IMG/VR virus record: IMGVR_UViG_3300028802_000206
Span: 1 to 57,702 of that record
Strand: one strand, 5' to 3'
Origin: a virus
Lineage: Duplodnaviria; Caudoviricetes
DNA length: 57,702 nt
Of this stretch, positions 1-7,132 are shown in pieces. Below the pieces are notes generated by a model that saw nothing but the letters and a program-made list of their open reading frames with translations, was not told where the DNA came from and ran no database searches. Every line of letters begins with the position of its first letter. Position 1 is the first letter of the stretch. Position numbers and translations under genes: made by a program.

Positions 1-1
1 G

Positions 2-523
2 TCTGCCATCACTGGGCAGTTCGCGAACGGCGACGACATCAATGTCACGCCATACACGTCTGGCTTCCTGCGTAACTTCCTGACTGGCCTTGGCGACGTC
101 AACGTCACCTTCGGCGTGGCCGTAGACATCAACACGGCTGGCGGGGCCAATGGCGGAAAGGAGACGTTGACCGAGTTCCGCTTGATCGACCTCGACCAGA
201 TTGGGCAGGGCCCGCTTGGCAGTGCGGTGATCTTCGATCTGTCGGGATCGTTCCTGCTGCCGGACCGTTTCAACGGCAACGGCAAGGGCGACTACCTGAT
301 CAGCGGGTTCGACCTGTCTGGCGTTGATCCGACCCATCGCCTGCTGTTCCAGGCGACGTGGGATCACGCCACGGACGGCGGAGAGAGCTTCTATCTCGTG
401 CCGATCATCACGGCTGCCGTCCCCGGCCCGATCGTTGGCGCAGGCTTGCCGGGACTGATCGCCGCGGGTCTGTTCATGGTCGGCCTCGCCAAACGTCGCC
501 GCAACCGATCAGCTCAGGCCTGA
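2..523 (+). CDS. C-terminal part of a secreted PEP-CTERM-like (VPGPIVGAGLPGL-type) surface protein; 5' part probably at 57484-57702
   Basis: The frame is open from base 2 (SAITGQFANGDD...). It ends VPGPIVGAGLPGLIAAGLFMVGLAKRRRNR: sorting motif, TM helix, basic tail. Confidence 0.8.
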   Translation, partial: SAITGQFANGDDINVTPYTSGFLRNFLTGLGDVNVTFGVAVDINTAGGANGGKETLTEFRLIDLDQIGQGPLGSAVIFDLSGSFLLPDRFNGNGKGDYLISGFDLSGVDPTHRLLFQATWDHATDGGESFYLVPIITAAVPGPIVGAGLPGLIAAGLFMVGLAKRRRNRSAQA

Positions 524-560
524 CGGGCCCTCTGCCCTCTGCCCTCCCGTCAGCATGAGG

Positions 561-596
561 GCGCGTGCGGGTCTATGTGCCGCGTCCCGCACGCGC
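561..596 (+). terminator. GC-rich hairpin downstream of the PEP-CTERM-like gene
   Basis: GCGCGTGCGGG (561-571) pairs perfectly with CCCGCACGCGC (586-596). There is no U-tract, so termination is uncertain. Confidence 0.4.
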
Positions 597-630
597 ATCC
601 TGCAACGGCACGCGTACCTGGAGAAACCCG

Positions 631-846
631 ATGCACCAAAGCACTTATGAATACCTGGCACCGACCGACGAACAGAAAGCCCAGATGATGCACTTGCGCA
701 CTGCCGCCAAGATCTATGCCGACATGCTGGAAACCCTGCTGCCAGACGGCCCCGACAAGACCCATACGCTGTGGCTGCACCGCACCACGGCGATGTGGGC
801 GAATGTAAGCATAACCAGGCTCCCAGATGGGACACCGAGGGAATGA
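631..846 (+). CDS. Acb2/Tad1-like helical hairpin protein (putative immune-signal sponge), copy 1
   Basis: 71 aa, GGAGA RBS. The pattern YEYLAPTDEQ..R.AAK.YA..L...LPDGPDK.....AMWANVSITR resembles small Acb2/Tad1-hairpin family proteins (F.YH.P...Q.....R..AK.......P.SRE........MWAN..IAR). Confidence 0.55.
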   Translation: MHQSTYEYLAPTDEQKAQMMHLRTAAKIYADMLETLLPDGPDKTHTLWLHRTTAMWANVSITRLPDGTPRE

Positions 847-1255
847 GCTGGCAGGAAACAGAGTTAGCTTACCTTGCAGGTTTTGTTGACGGCGAAGGGT
901 CGATCACGATCTTTCGTTCTGGCAAGCGCTACCATCTTCGTTTCGACATCTTCAACACGAACGAGGACGTGTTGCGCTGGATACAAGTTACATTCGGCGG
1001 CTGCGTTCGCCGGGTTACTAGCCGCTGCAAGGAAACATGGAAACCAGAGTTTATGTGGTACGTCGGCCAGCAGCAGGCGTCAGACATTCTGTCGGCGTGC
1101 CTTCCGTACTTGAAGGTCAAGCGGCTACAGGAAAACCGATACCCGATAACATTCGTGTCCTAAGAGCCAACCTCGTCACTCAAATTCAAAGACTGAACCG
1201 AAAGGGCACCAACGTCGCCATCACCCGGCAGCCCGACGGCACGCCGCGGCCATGA
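843..1255 (+). pseudogene. Single-motif LAGLIDADG homing endonuclease, frameshifted near 1128
   Basis: ATGA-coupled start; ELAYLAGFVDGEGSI motif and LPYLKVKRLQ. The typical C-terminal helix (RANLVTQIQRLNRKG) is in the -1 frame; the zero frame stops at 1163. Confidence 0.85.
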
Positions 1256-1305
1256 CCGATCCCCCACGTCCCGCACGCGCATCATGCTCTGCTGGAGCTG
1301 CCCGC

Positions 1306-1431
1306 ATGATCGAACATGAGTTCATGACGATGGGGCAAATCCCGTTTGGCACTATCGCCGGCTTTGGGATCGCCGTGCTGGCGCTGGTGGCGCTGGCTGT
1401 CTACGGGTGGTTCGTCGCGGTGGCCAAATGA
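1306..1431 (+). CDS. Small membrane protein (41 aa, not in ORF track)
   Basis: GGAG RBS; MIEHEFMTMGQIPFGTIAGFGIAVLALVALAVYGWFVAVAK; ATGA overlap with the next gene. Confidence 0.55.
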   Translation: MIEHEFMTMGQIPFGTIAGFGIAVLALVALAVYGWFVAVAK

Positions 1432-1664
1432 ACCTCAAGATCACGCTGCCCCGCATGCCGGCACGCTTGGCCAAGGCGTTCGATGCGTGGCTGGACTGGG
1501 TCAATGTTCCGATCTGGGGGCGGGTCCGCCGCATCGATGTGCTGCTCGTCGTCCTCGGCGTCATCTGCGGCGTCTACTACTACCTGGAAGGCGGCTGGCT
1601 TGGCGCCGCTCAAGGTGTGGCTTTGTATACGTTCGTCGCCCTTGTCTCGCTGTGGATGTTTTGA
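1428..1664 (+). CDS. Small two-TM membrane protein
   Basis: ATGA-coupled start; two hydrophobic stretches. Confidence 0.6.
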   Translation: MNLKITLPRMPARLAKAFDAWLDWVNVPIWGRVRRIDVLLVVLGVICGVYYYLEGGWLGAAQGVALYTFVALVSLWMF

Positions 1665-1665
1665 A

Positions 1666-2049
1666 ATGACCAACGAACCCGCGCGCGCACCATTGTATAC
1701 CGTGGATGATGTGGCCGGGCGCCTTCACAAGAGCCGGCGCTGGTTGCAGGATTTCCTGCGCGGTCGGGACATCGGACGGCTGGCTGGACGCACTCGGCTA
1801 TTCACCGAGATCGACGTCGGCCGACTGATCGAGGCTCTGCCATGCTCAAGCTCAAAGACCCCCGCAAAGGCAAAAGCCCGAACTACTCGATCCGGGGGAC
1901 GTACCGCGGTATCCGCGTGGACAAGAGCTGCGGAACTCACAAACGATCAGTCGCTGTTGCCGAACTCAAGCGACTTGAAGAGGCCATCGAGCGCGGCGAG
2001 TACCCGCCCAAAGAAGCCCCAACTGATCGTGAACAACCAACGTTCCTGA
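1666..2049 (+). CDS. xis: Putative excisionase (helix-turn-helix), overlapping the integrase 5' end
   Basis: LYTVDDVAGRLHKSRRWLQDFL..GRTRLFTE is an HTH_17-like pattern; lies directly upstream of int. Confidence 0.7.
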   Translation: MTNEPARAPLYTVDDVAGRLHKSRRWLQDFLRGRDIGRLAGRTRLFTEIDVGRLIEALPCSSSKTPAKAKARTTRSGGRTAVSAWTRAAELTNDQSLLPNSSDLKRPSSAASTRPKKPQLIVNNQRS

Positions 2050-2891
2050 GTGCAGCCGTTGCGTACATGGAAGCCGGCCGGCGATCGAAGTACGTCGCCA
2101 AACTGATCAAGCATTTCGGAGAGACGCCGCTGACGGAGGTCGACCAGGCCGCGATCGACGCCGCAGCGATTGCGATATGCCCCAACACGACGCCTGGCAC
2201 CCGCAATGCCTGCGTCTACACCCCGGTCTCCGCGATCCTGCACCATGCCGGCATCAAGATCGTGATCCAGCGGCCGAAGGGCGCCAAGGGCCGCGTCGTC
2301 ACCGACTGGATCTCACCAGCGGACGCAACGGCGATCGTTCTTGCCGCCGACACCATCAACCCTCAATTCGGGCTGCTGCTGCGCTACCTGCTCTACACTG
2401 GCCTGCGGCTCAATGAGGCGCTACGGCTGCGCTGGGAAGACTTGCAGCTCAACGAAGCAACGGCCTGGGTCCGCCGCAGCAAGGGCGGGCCAGCGTCACC
2501 CGTGCGGCTGCGTAGCGAGCTCGTCGCCGGGATGGCCGCGCGCCGCCCGCAGGAGCCAGTAGGGCGCGTTTTCACATTCGGCCAGGGTGGACGCCTCAAG
2601 TACCTGCTGGTGCGCTCCAAGCTCGCCGCGCTGGGCCTGCCAGCCCCCATTGAGCGACCGGCCGGCTGGCGCCAGCCGCCGAACCGGCTGCAGTGGCTCA
2701 ACTTCCATTCCTTCAGGCACACATGGGCGACATGGATGCGGCGCGCAGGGGCCGACGTCCAGGGCCTCGTGGCGACCGGGAACTGGCGCGATGCCCGATC
2801 GGCCAGCCGCTACGCCCACGCCGTCCAGCGTGAGGAGTGGAATAGAGTGGACGACCTGCCGAGCGTGGAGAAGCCGGGGAAGGTGGCATGA
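1842..2891 (+). CDS. int: Tyrosine recombinase/integrase
   Basis: YTGLRLNEAL (catalytic R), HSFRHTWATW (HxxR), RYAH (catalytic Y). Confidence 0.95.
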   Translation: MLKLKDPRKGKSPNYSIRGTYRGIRVDKSCGTHKRSVAVAELKRLEEAIERGEYPPKEAPTDREQPTFLSAAVAYMEAGRRSKYVAKLIKHFGETPLTEVDQAAIDAAAIAICPNTTPGTRNACVYTPVSAILHHAGIKIVIQRPKGAKGRVVTDWISPADATAIVLAADTINPQFGLLLRYLLYTGLRLNEALRLRWEDLQLNEATAWVRRSKGGPASPVRLRSELVAGMAARRPQEPVGRVFTFGQGGRLKYLLVRSKLAALGLPAPIERPAGWRQPPNRLQWLNFHSFRHTWATWMRRAGADVQGLVATGNWRDARSASRYAHAVQREEWNRVDDLPSVEKPGKVA

Positions 2892-3009
2892 ACTTGCGAA
2901 TAAAGCGGGATCACCAAAAACGGGCAGCACGAATTGACGTGCTTCAAACTGTCGGGGCGACTGTAAGCGCCCGCCCGTTACCGCAACGCCGACCAACAGG
3001 GAGATGATG

Positions 3010-3225
3010 ATGCACCGTTCGACGTTCGAGTATCTGTCGCCGACTGATGACCAGCTCTTGCATATGGCGCGCGTGCGCGAGGCGGCCAAGGCTTATTGCG
3101 ATGTGCTGGAGGCCGAGCTGCCGGATGGGCCGGACAAGACGTTCATCATTCGCGCGCATCGGTCCAATGCGATATGGGCTAACGTGGCAATCACGCGGTT
3201 GCCTGATGGGACGCCGAGGGAGTGA
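3010..3225 (+). CDS. Acb2/Tad1-like helical hairpin protein, copy 2
   Basis: 46/71 identical residues to 631-846 by manual ungapped alignment; GGAGA RBS. Alternative ATGs at 3004 and 3007. Confidence 0.55.
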   Translation: MHRSTFEYLSPTDDQLLHMARVREAAKAYCDVLEAELPDGPDKTFIIRAHRSNAIWANVAITRLPDGTPRE

Positions 3226-3228
3226 ACG

Positions 3229-3411
3229 ATGGGAGTGAACGATATTAGCGTTACCGAGATTGAACTACGGGCGGCGTTGGATGCGGTCATATCAGAGGAG
3301 AGGCCGGGGCGCTGGATGCAGACGACGCTGGCCAAATTCGCGAGGCAGCCTCACAAGCGCAGTGCCGATGAGTGGAGAAAACGTGGAAGAAGCAAATTCA
3401 GGTTCGGCTAA
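3229..3411 (+). CDS. Hypothetical protein
   Basis: 60-aa ORF starting 3 nt after the previous stop; its 3' end runs into the putative attP arm sites. Confidence 0.3.
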   Translation: MGVNDISVTEIELRAALDAVISEERPGRWMQTTLAKFARQPHKRSADEWRKRGRSKFRFG

Positions 3412-3594
3412 ATCCAAATGATCAACGGCATCAACAACATAAAATTTCCGTCCCTTCTCTCCCCCCGGAGGCGGGCCGCATCTTTTGTAACCCACAAACC
3501 CTCGCATTTATTGGCCTTGCCGCGCCGGCTCACGACCTTTCGTGACGCAACGGAGCGTGAACGCGTCACTCCGATACGTGGAAAATCCGTGGAA
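3372..3594. other. Putative attP with paired arm-type repeats
   Basis: GTGGAGAAAACGTGGAA (3372-3388) and GTGGAAAATCCGTGGAA (3578-3594) flank a more AT-rich, apparently non-coding core downstream of int. A related copy, GTGGAGAAGCCGGGGAA, is at 2865-2881. Confidence 0.5.
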
Positions 3595-3773
3595 TGTGAT
3601 CCCTATCTGTTCACGGCCGTGGCGGGGTCACCGATCGCAATCGTCGGGATTAGCGATGGAAATCATCTGGATCGCGATTGGTGGTGTCTTAGGCGCTGCC
3701 ACGTACTGCCTGCTGATCAGGTTGGGACGCTTCGCTCAGCAATGTTTCCCGTGCAACTCTAGAGGAGCCGCAC

Positions 3774-4079
3774 ATGGACGACAAAGACGTGCCCCCGAGC
3801 CACCCGAGCCACCCCGACTACAGGGGCAGGGAGCCTCTCCCCGGAGAAGGCGCTAAGCCTGCGGACGCCCCCGACCCGATGGATGATTGGCAGTTGGTGC
3901 CGAAGGTCTTCACCAAAGAAATGATTGAAGCCTATGAGCAACATGCAGGGACCGCATTGATGAGTGGGGCTCTTAAGAGGGCACTCGCAGCCGCCCCCTC
4001 CCCACCAGCTCAATCCAGCGGCTGGCAGGGCGTCCTTCAAGGGCCCGCGCTGGCCGATCCGTTCGACGACGACGCGTGA
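3774..4079 (+). CDS. Hypothetical proline-rich protein
   Basis: GAGGAG RBS upstream; converges on the lysis cassette. Confidence 0.5.
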   Translation: MDDKDVPPSHPSHPDYRGREPLPGEGAKPADAPDPMDDWQLVPKVFTKEMIEAYEQHAGTALMSGALKRALAAAPSPPAQSSGWQGVLQGPALADPFDDDA

Positions 4080-4082
4080 AGA

Positions 4083-4304
4083 TCAGTGGCCGACGATGCG
4101 CCACGTCGGCAGCCCCAGCAGCATCGCAACGATCATGTAGAGAACGACCAGCAGCACCACGAGCAGATACAACCGCTGCACGTTCCAATCGATGCTGTAG
4201 GTGAACCACTTTGCGACCATGACGATGATCGCGCCGACAAGCACCAGGATGGCGGCCACGATGGCGGCGTTTATGATGCCGAGCAGAAGGCCGGTCAGCG
4301 ACAT
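4083..4304 (-). CDS. Two-TM membrane protein, holin candidate
   Basis: 73 aa, two long hydrophobic helices, immediately downstream of the endolysin. Confidence 0.55.
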   Translation of the reverse strand: MSLTGLLLGIINAAIVAAILVLVGAIIVMVAKWFTYSIDWNVQRLYLLVVLLVVLYMIVAMLLGLPTWRIVGH

Positions 4305-4307
4305 TGG

Positions 4308-5273
4308 CTATCCTTTCGATGCAACGACGAGTTTCTCCTTGCCCCCCAACACGTCCGCGATGTCCTGGCAGATGTTCTCGAATTTGTTGTCGTAGATGTC
4401 AGCGTCGGTGGGGTTGTCCACGAAGCACACCTCGATCAACACGGCTGGCATCTCGGTGTGGTTAAGCATGTAGAAATCGTCGGTGTACTTGGCGCCACGG
4501 TCAGTGAAGCCGCTCTTGGCGATCGCTGCGCTGAGCTTCGCGGACAGTTCCTCCTGGGTGACGTACCAGACCTCGGTGCCGTGTCCCTCTCCGGTCGAGG
4601 CGTTGAAGTGGACGAACACGTCCAGATCGCGCGTCTGCGCGTTGTGCCAGTCCGCCAGCCGCTTCAAGTTGTCGTCCTGATTGGTGCTCTTGGTATCATG
4701 GAATGTCGCGATCCCGACGCCGCGCGCTTGCAGCTCCTGGGCGACCCGATCGACCACCCGCGTGGCCTCGGCCACCTCGTTGAGGAACGAATTGGCACCC
4801 TGGCACTTTGTCGAGTGCCCTGACGACATGCAGATGCGGTCGTAGGGCCGCCCCTGCCCGCGCTCTGGCCGCTCCTCGCGCTCTGGCTCGAAGCTGACCT
4901 CGACAATGTCATCGGTATCGATGCCGAGCGCCGCCATCAGGCCCGGAGAGAGATCGGCGACCCGGCCAGTGTCCTCGTGCGGACCCCAATCGGCGGGTGT
5001 CGCGAAGTGCTCGCGGCCGGTCTTCTGCGCCCGCACCAGCACCACCATGTCTGGCAACACGTCTTTTGGAGTTTCGTCGTAATCCCAACGGGTCGCGATG
5101 TAGAACACCTCGGGATCGAGCCGCCGCGCGAGCCCGGTGGTGCCGGGTGGCTGCGACGGCAAAAACAGGTGCGGGGCATCCTCAACTGAATAAATAAACG
5201 CTAAATCCTCCGATGGAGAAACCCCAGTATCGTTTGGACCCCCGAACCAGCTTACCTTACCTTTAATTCTCAT
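4308..5273 (-). CDS. Endolysin: N-terminal RlpA/DPBB-like domain + C-terminal Amidase_3 (N-acetylmuramoyl-L-alanine amidase)
   Basis: Amidase zinc ligands SSGH..., EVAE, VHFNA, IEVCFVDN. N-terminal GKVSWFGG...DWGP...RVADLSPG. Start placed at MRIKGK. Confidence 0.85.
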   Translation of the reverse strand: MRIKGKVSWFGGPNDTGVSPSEDLAFIYSVEDAPHLFLPSQPPGTTGLARRLDPEVFYIATRWDYDETPKDVLPDMVVLVRAQKTGREHFATPADWGPHEDTGRVADLSPGLMAALGIDTDDIVEVSFEPEREERPERGQGRPYDRICMSSGHSTKCQGANSFLNEVAEATRVVDRVAQELQARGVGIATFHDTKSTNQDDNLKRLADWHNAQTRDLDVFVHFNASTGEGHGTEVWYVTQEELSAKLSAAIAKSGFTDRGAKYTDDFYMLNHTEMPAVLIEVCFVDNPTDADIYDNKFENICQDIADVLGGKEKLVVASKG

Positions 5274-5838
5274 GGTGCAACCCCCAGTAAAACTCGCCAT
5301 GAAGTCTTCGTGCCTCAGCCTCATACGCCGCGCCTGCTTCTTCAGGGGTATCAAACATTCCAAGGTGTTTGTTCTTACCGTAAATGAAAATCTTGGCCTG
5401 CCATCGGTTGCGAATTGGAAAAATCCCGCGATATCCGAATTTGTTGTCGTATCTCAGTTTTCTGTTCCAGCCTTGCTCAAAATGATTTGCTGTCCTGATG
5501 TTGCTCCATACGTTATTTGATGCATTTCCGTCGGCGTGATCGAGATTGTTCCCTGGTTCGATGCCTGTCATCATCTTAAAAATAACGCGATGCTCCCAGT
5601 ACCTGATCCCATCAATACGAACGTGCCGCGAAATCCGGTGGTGGCGTTTATCTTCATGGATCATCCCGGCTCGCTTCCCCGCATTCTTGCTGTTCCACGT
5701 CGCCCATGCCCCTTGCGTGATAAAATGTTCTCTCGGTCGTATTCTCCATCGTAATTCCCCAGTATCGGGAGCGTAGATAAAGCATTCCTGCAACCGTTCG
5801 ACTGACGGCAAAATCTTGATGGGCTTAGCTTTAGTCAT
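5263..5838 (-). CDS. Free-standing HNH endonuclease with C-terminal AP2 domain
   Basis: EHRVIF...LDHADGNASNNVWSNIR (HNH_3); WQAKI...HLGMFDTPEEAGAAY (AP2); lower GC than flanking genes. Confidence 0.9.
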   Translation of the reverse strand: MTKAKPIKILPSVERLQECFIYAPDTGELRWRIRPREHFITQGAWATWNSKNAGKRAGMIHEDKRHHRISRHVRIDGIRYWEHRVIFKMMTGIEPGNNLDHADGNASNNVWSNIRTANHFEQGWNRKLRYDNKFGYRGIFPIRNRWQAKIFIYGKNKHLGMFDTPEEAGAAYEAEARRLHGEFYWGLHHEN

Positions 5839-5851
5839 CGGTTTCTTCCGA

Positions 5852-6124
5852 TCATGGATTGATGTTCAGCCGCTTTGTCATCACGTCGACAATTCTGTCG
5901 ATGGACGCTTTGTTGGCCTTGGTCTGCGACTCCAGCACGGTCAATCGATTATCTATCGTCCCAAGGTGCGGCGAGCCGCGCACCTCCAAGGTGTTAACCC
6001 GTGTTTCGAGGCGCACCGCGTAGGCAATGATGCTGATCACGACCGCGCCGATCGCTATCGCCTGGGCGATCAGGAAATAGACCAACGTCGAGTTGTCGCT
6101 GATCCACGACTTGAGATCGGACAT
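5852..6124 (-). CDS. Single-TM coiled-coil protein, lysis-associated (holin/antiholin-like)
   Basis: N-terminal TM followed by a coiled coil; upstream of the endolysin. Confidence 0.5.
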   Translation of the reverse strand: MSDLKSWISDNSTLVYFLIAQAIAIGAVVISIIAYAVRLETRVNTLEVRGSPHLGTIDNRLTVLESQTKANKASIDRIVDVMTKRLNINP

Positions 6125-6211
6125 CCTGCTTTGCTCCTTTGTGGTAGCGCGCGATCCACGTGCGCATCGCGGCCGCCATGCGGCGGCGGCGTTCCTCGCA
6201 AGCTGCGCACG

Positions 6212-7129
6212 TCATCGGCGCGCTGCGCCAGCCTCAAGCGCGCTGACGCGCGCGGACAATTCCTTGACGGCGTTCACGAGCGCGAACACCAGCGCCGTCG
6301 TGTCGAGCACGCGCAGATCATCCACCGGCTCGCCGTCGATGTAGCCCGACTCCGTCGTCACCATCTCTGGCATCGGCACTTCGGCCTGCTGCGCGATCAG
6401 GCCGATAAATTCGCGCTGCTCCTCCGCGAGCCGCTGGTGCGGCGAGGGGTCCGTGGCTTGCCTGGAATAGTTGCCCTTGTAGACATAGCGCACCGGATCG
6501 AGCGCCAACACCTCGGCGAGCCCGTGCGTGTAGTCGCCGAGCACATCCTTGATGCGTTCATCAGACGGCGCCGTCCAGGTGCCGCCACCGGGTTTGTACG
6601 CATTCGCGCTCCCGATGGTGAAATTACAGGTGGCACGCTCGATTATGATCGCCTTGGCGATCAGGCCGCCCGCATCATTAAAGGCCCACAACTCAAGATT
6701 TGAGCCAGCATTACCGCTACTCTCTGCATCCGCTCCATAGAACGTGTCCCAGCGAGCGACTCCATTCTTGCGATACACGACCTGCGCCTGATTGGTTGCG
6801 CCTGAGTTCATAGTGAAAATTGGACTGGCGCTCTGCAATGTCAGGTCGCCCGTCATGGTGTCGCCCGCCTTGGCGACCTTCAGCGCATCCTGTGCATCTA
6901 CATAGATCAAAGACGCCCGCGATGTATCGGTCGGATGGACGTGATCCTGGCGCGAAAACAACAGCGACGTACCGACCACTGCGGGTGTGGCATTCACCAG
7001 CGGCAGCACAGTTGCGGGGCCGCCTGGAATTGGTTTCACCGACCAACGTGGGGCGTTATAAATATATGTCACGCCGCCCGCTGGGGTGAACTCCTGGTTT
7101 TCGGCAGGGGTACTAGGGAAGTCATACAT
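6212..7129 (-). CDS. Tail fibre-like protein with C-terminal intramolecular chaperone (Peptidase S74)
   Basis: SDERIK cleavage motif, GLIAQQ..., terminal coiled coil LVNAVKELSARVSALE; also KAGDTMTGDL fibre motif. Confidence 0.8.
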   Translation of the reverse strand: MYDFPSTPAENQEFTPAGGVTYIYNAPRWSVKPIPGGPATVLPLVNATPAVVGTSLLFSRQDHVHPTDTSRASLIYVDAQDALKVAKAGDTMTGDLTLQSASPIFTMNSGATNQAQVVYRKNGVARWDTFYGADAESSGNAGSNLELWAFNDAGGLIAKAIIIERATCNFTIGSANAYKPGGGTWTAPSDERIKDVLGDYTHGLAEVLALDPVRYVYKGNYSRQATDPSPHQRLAEEQREFIGLIAQQAEVPMPEMVTTESGYIDGEPVDDLRVLDTTALVFALVNAVKELSARVSALEAGAARR

Positions 7130-7132
7130 GGT

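Larger units (their letters stand above)
583..1283. repeat. 17-bp direct repeat CGTCCCGCACGCGCATC at 583-599 and 1267-1283
   Basis: Exact match read from the sequence; the copies flank the Acb2-like + LAGLIDADG cassette. Confidence 0.85.

Noticed and set aside
3445-3485. tRNA fragment as the att core
   Set aside because: There is only a vague resemblance to an anticodon-arm sequence and no T-arm or CCA end, so it cannot be supported.
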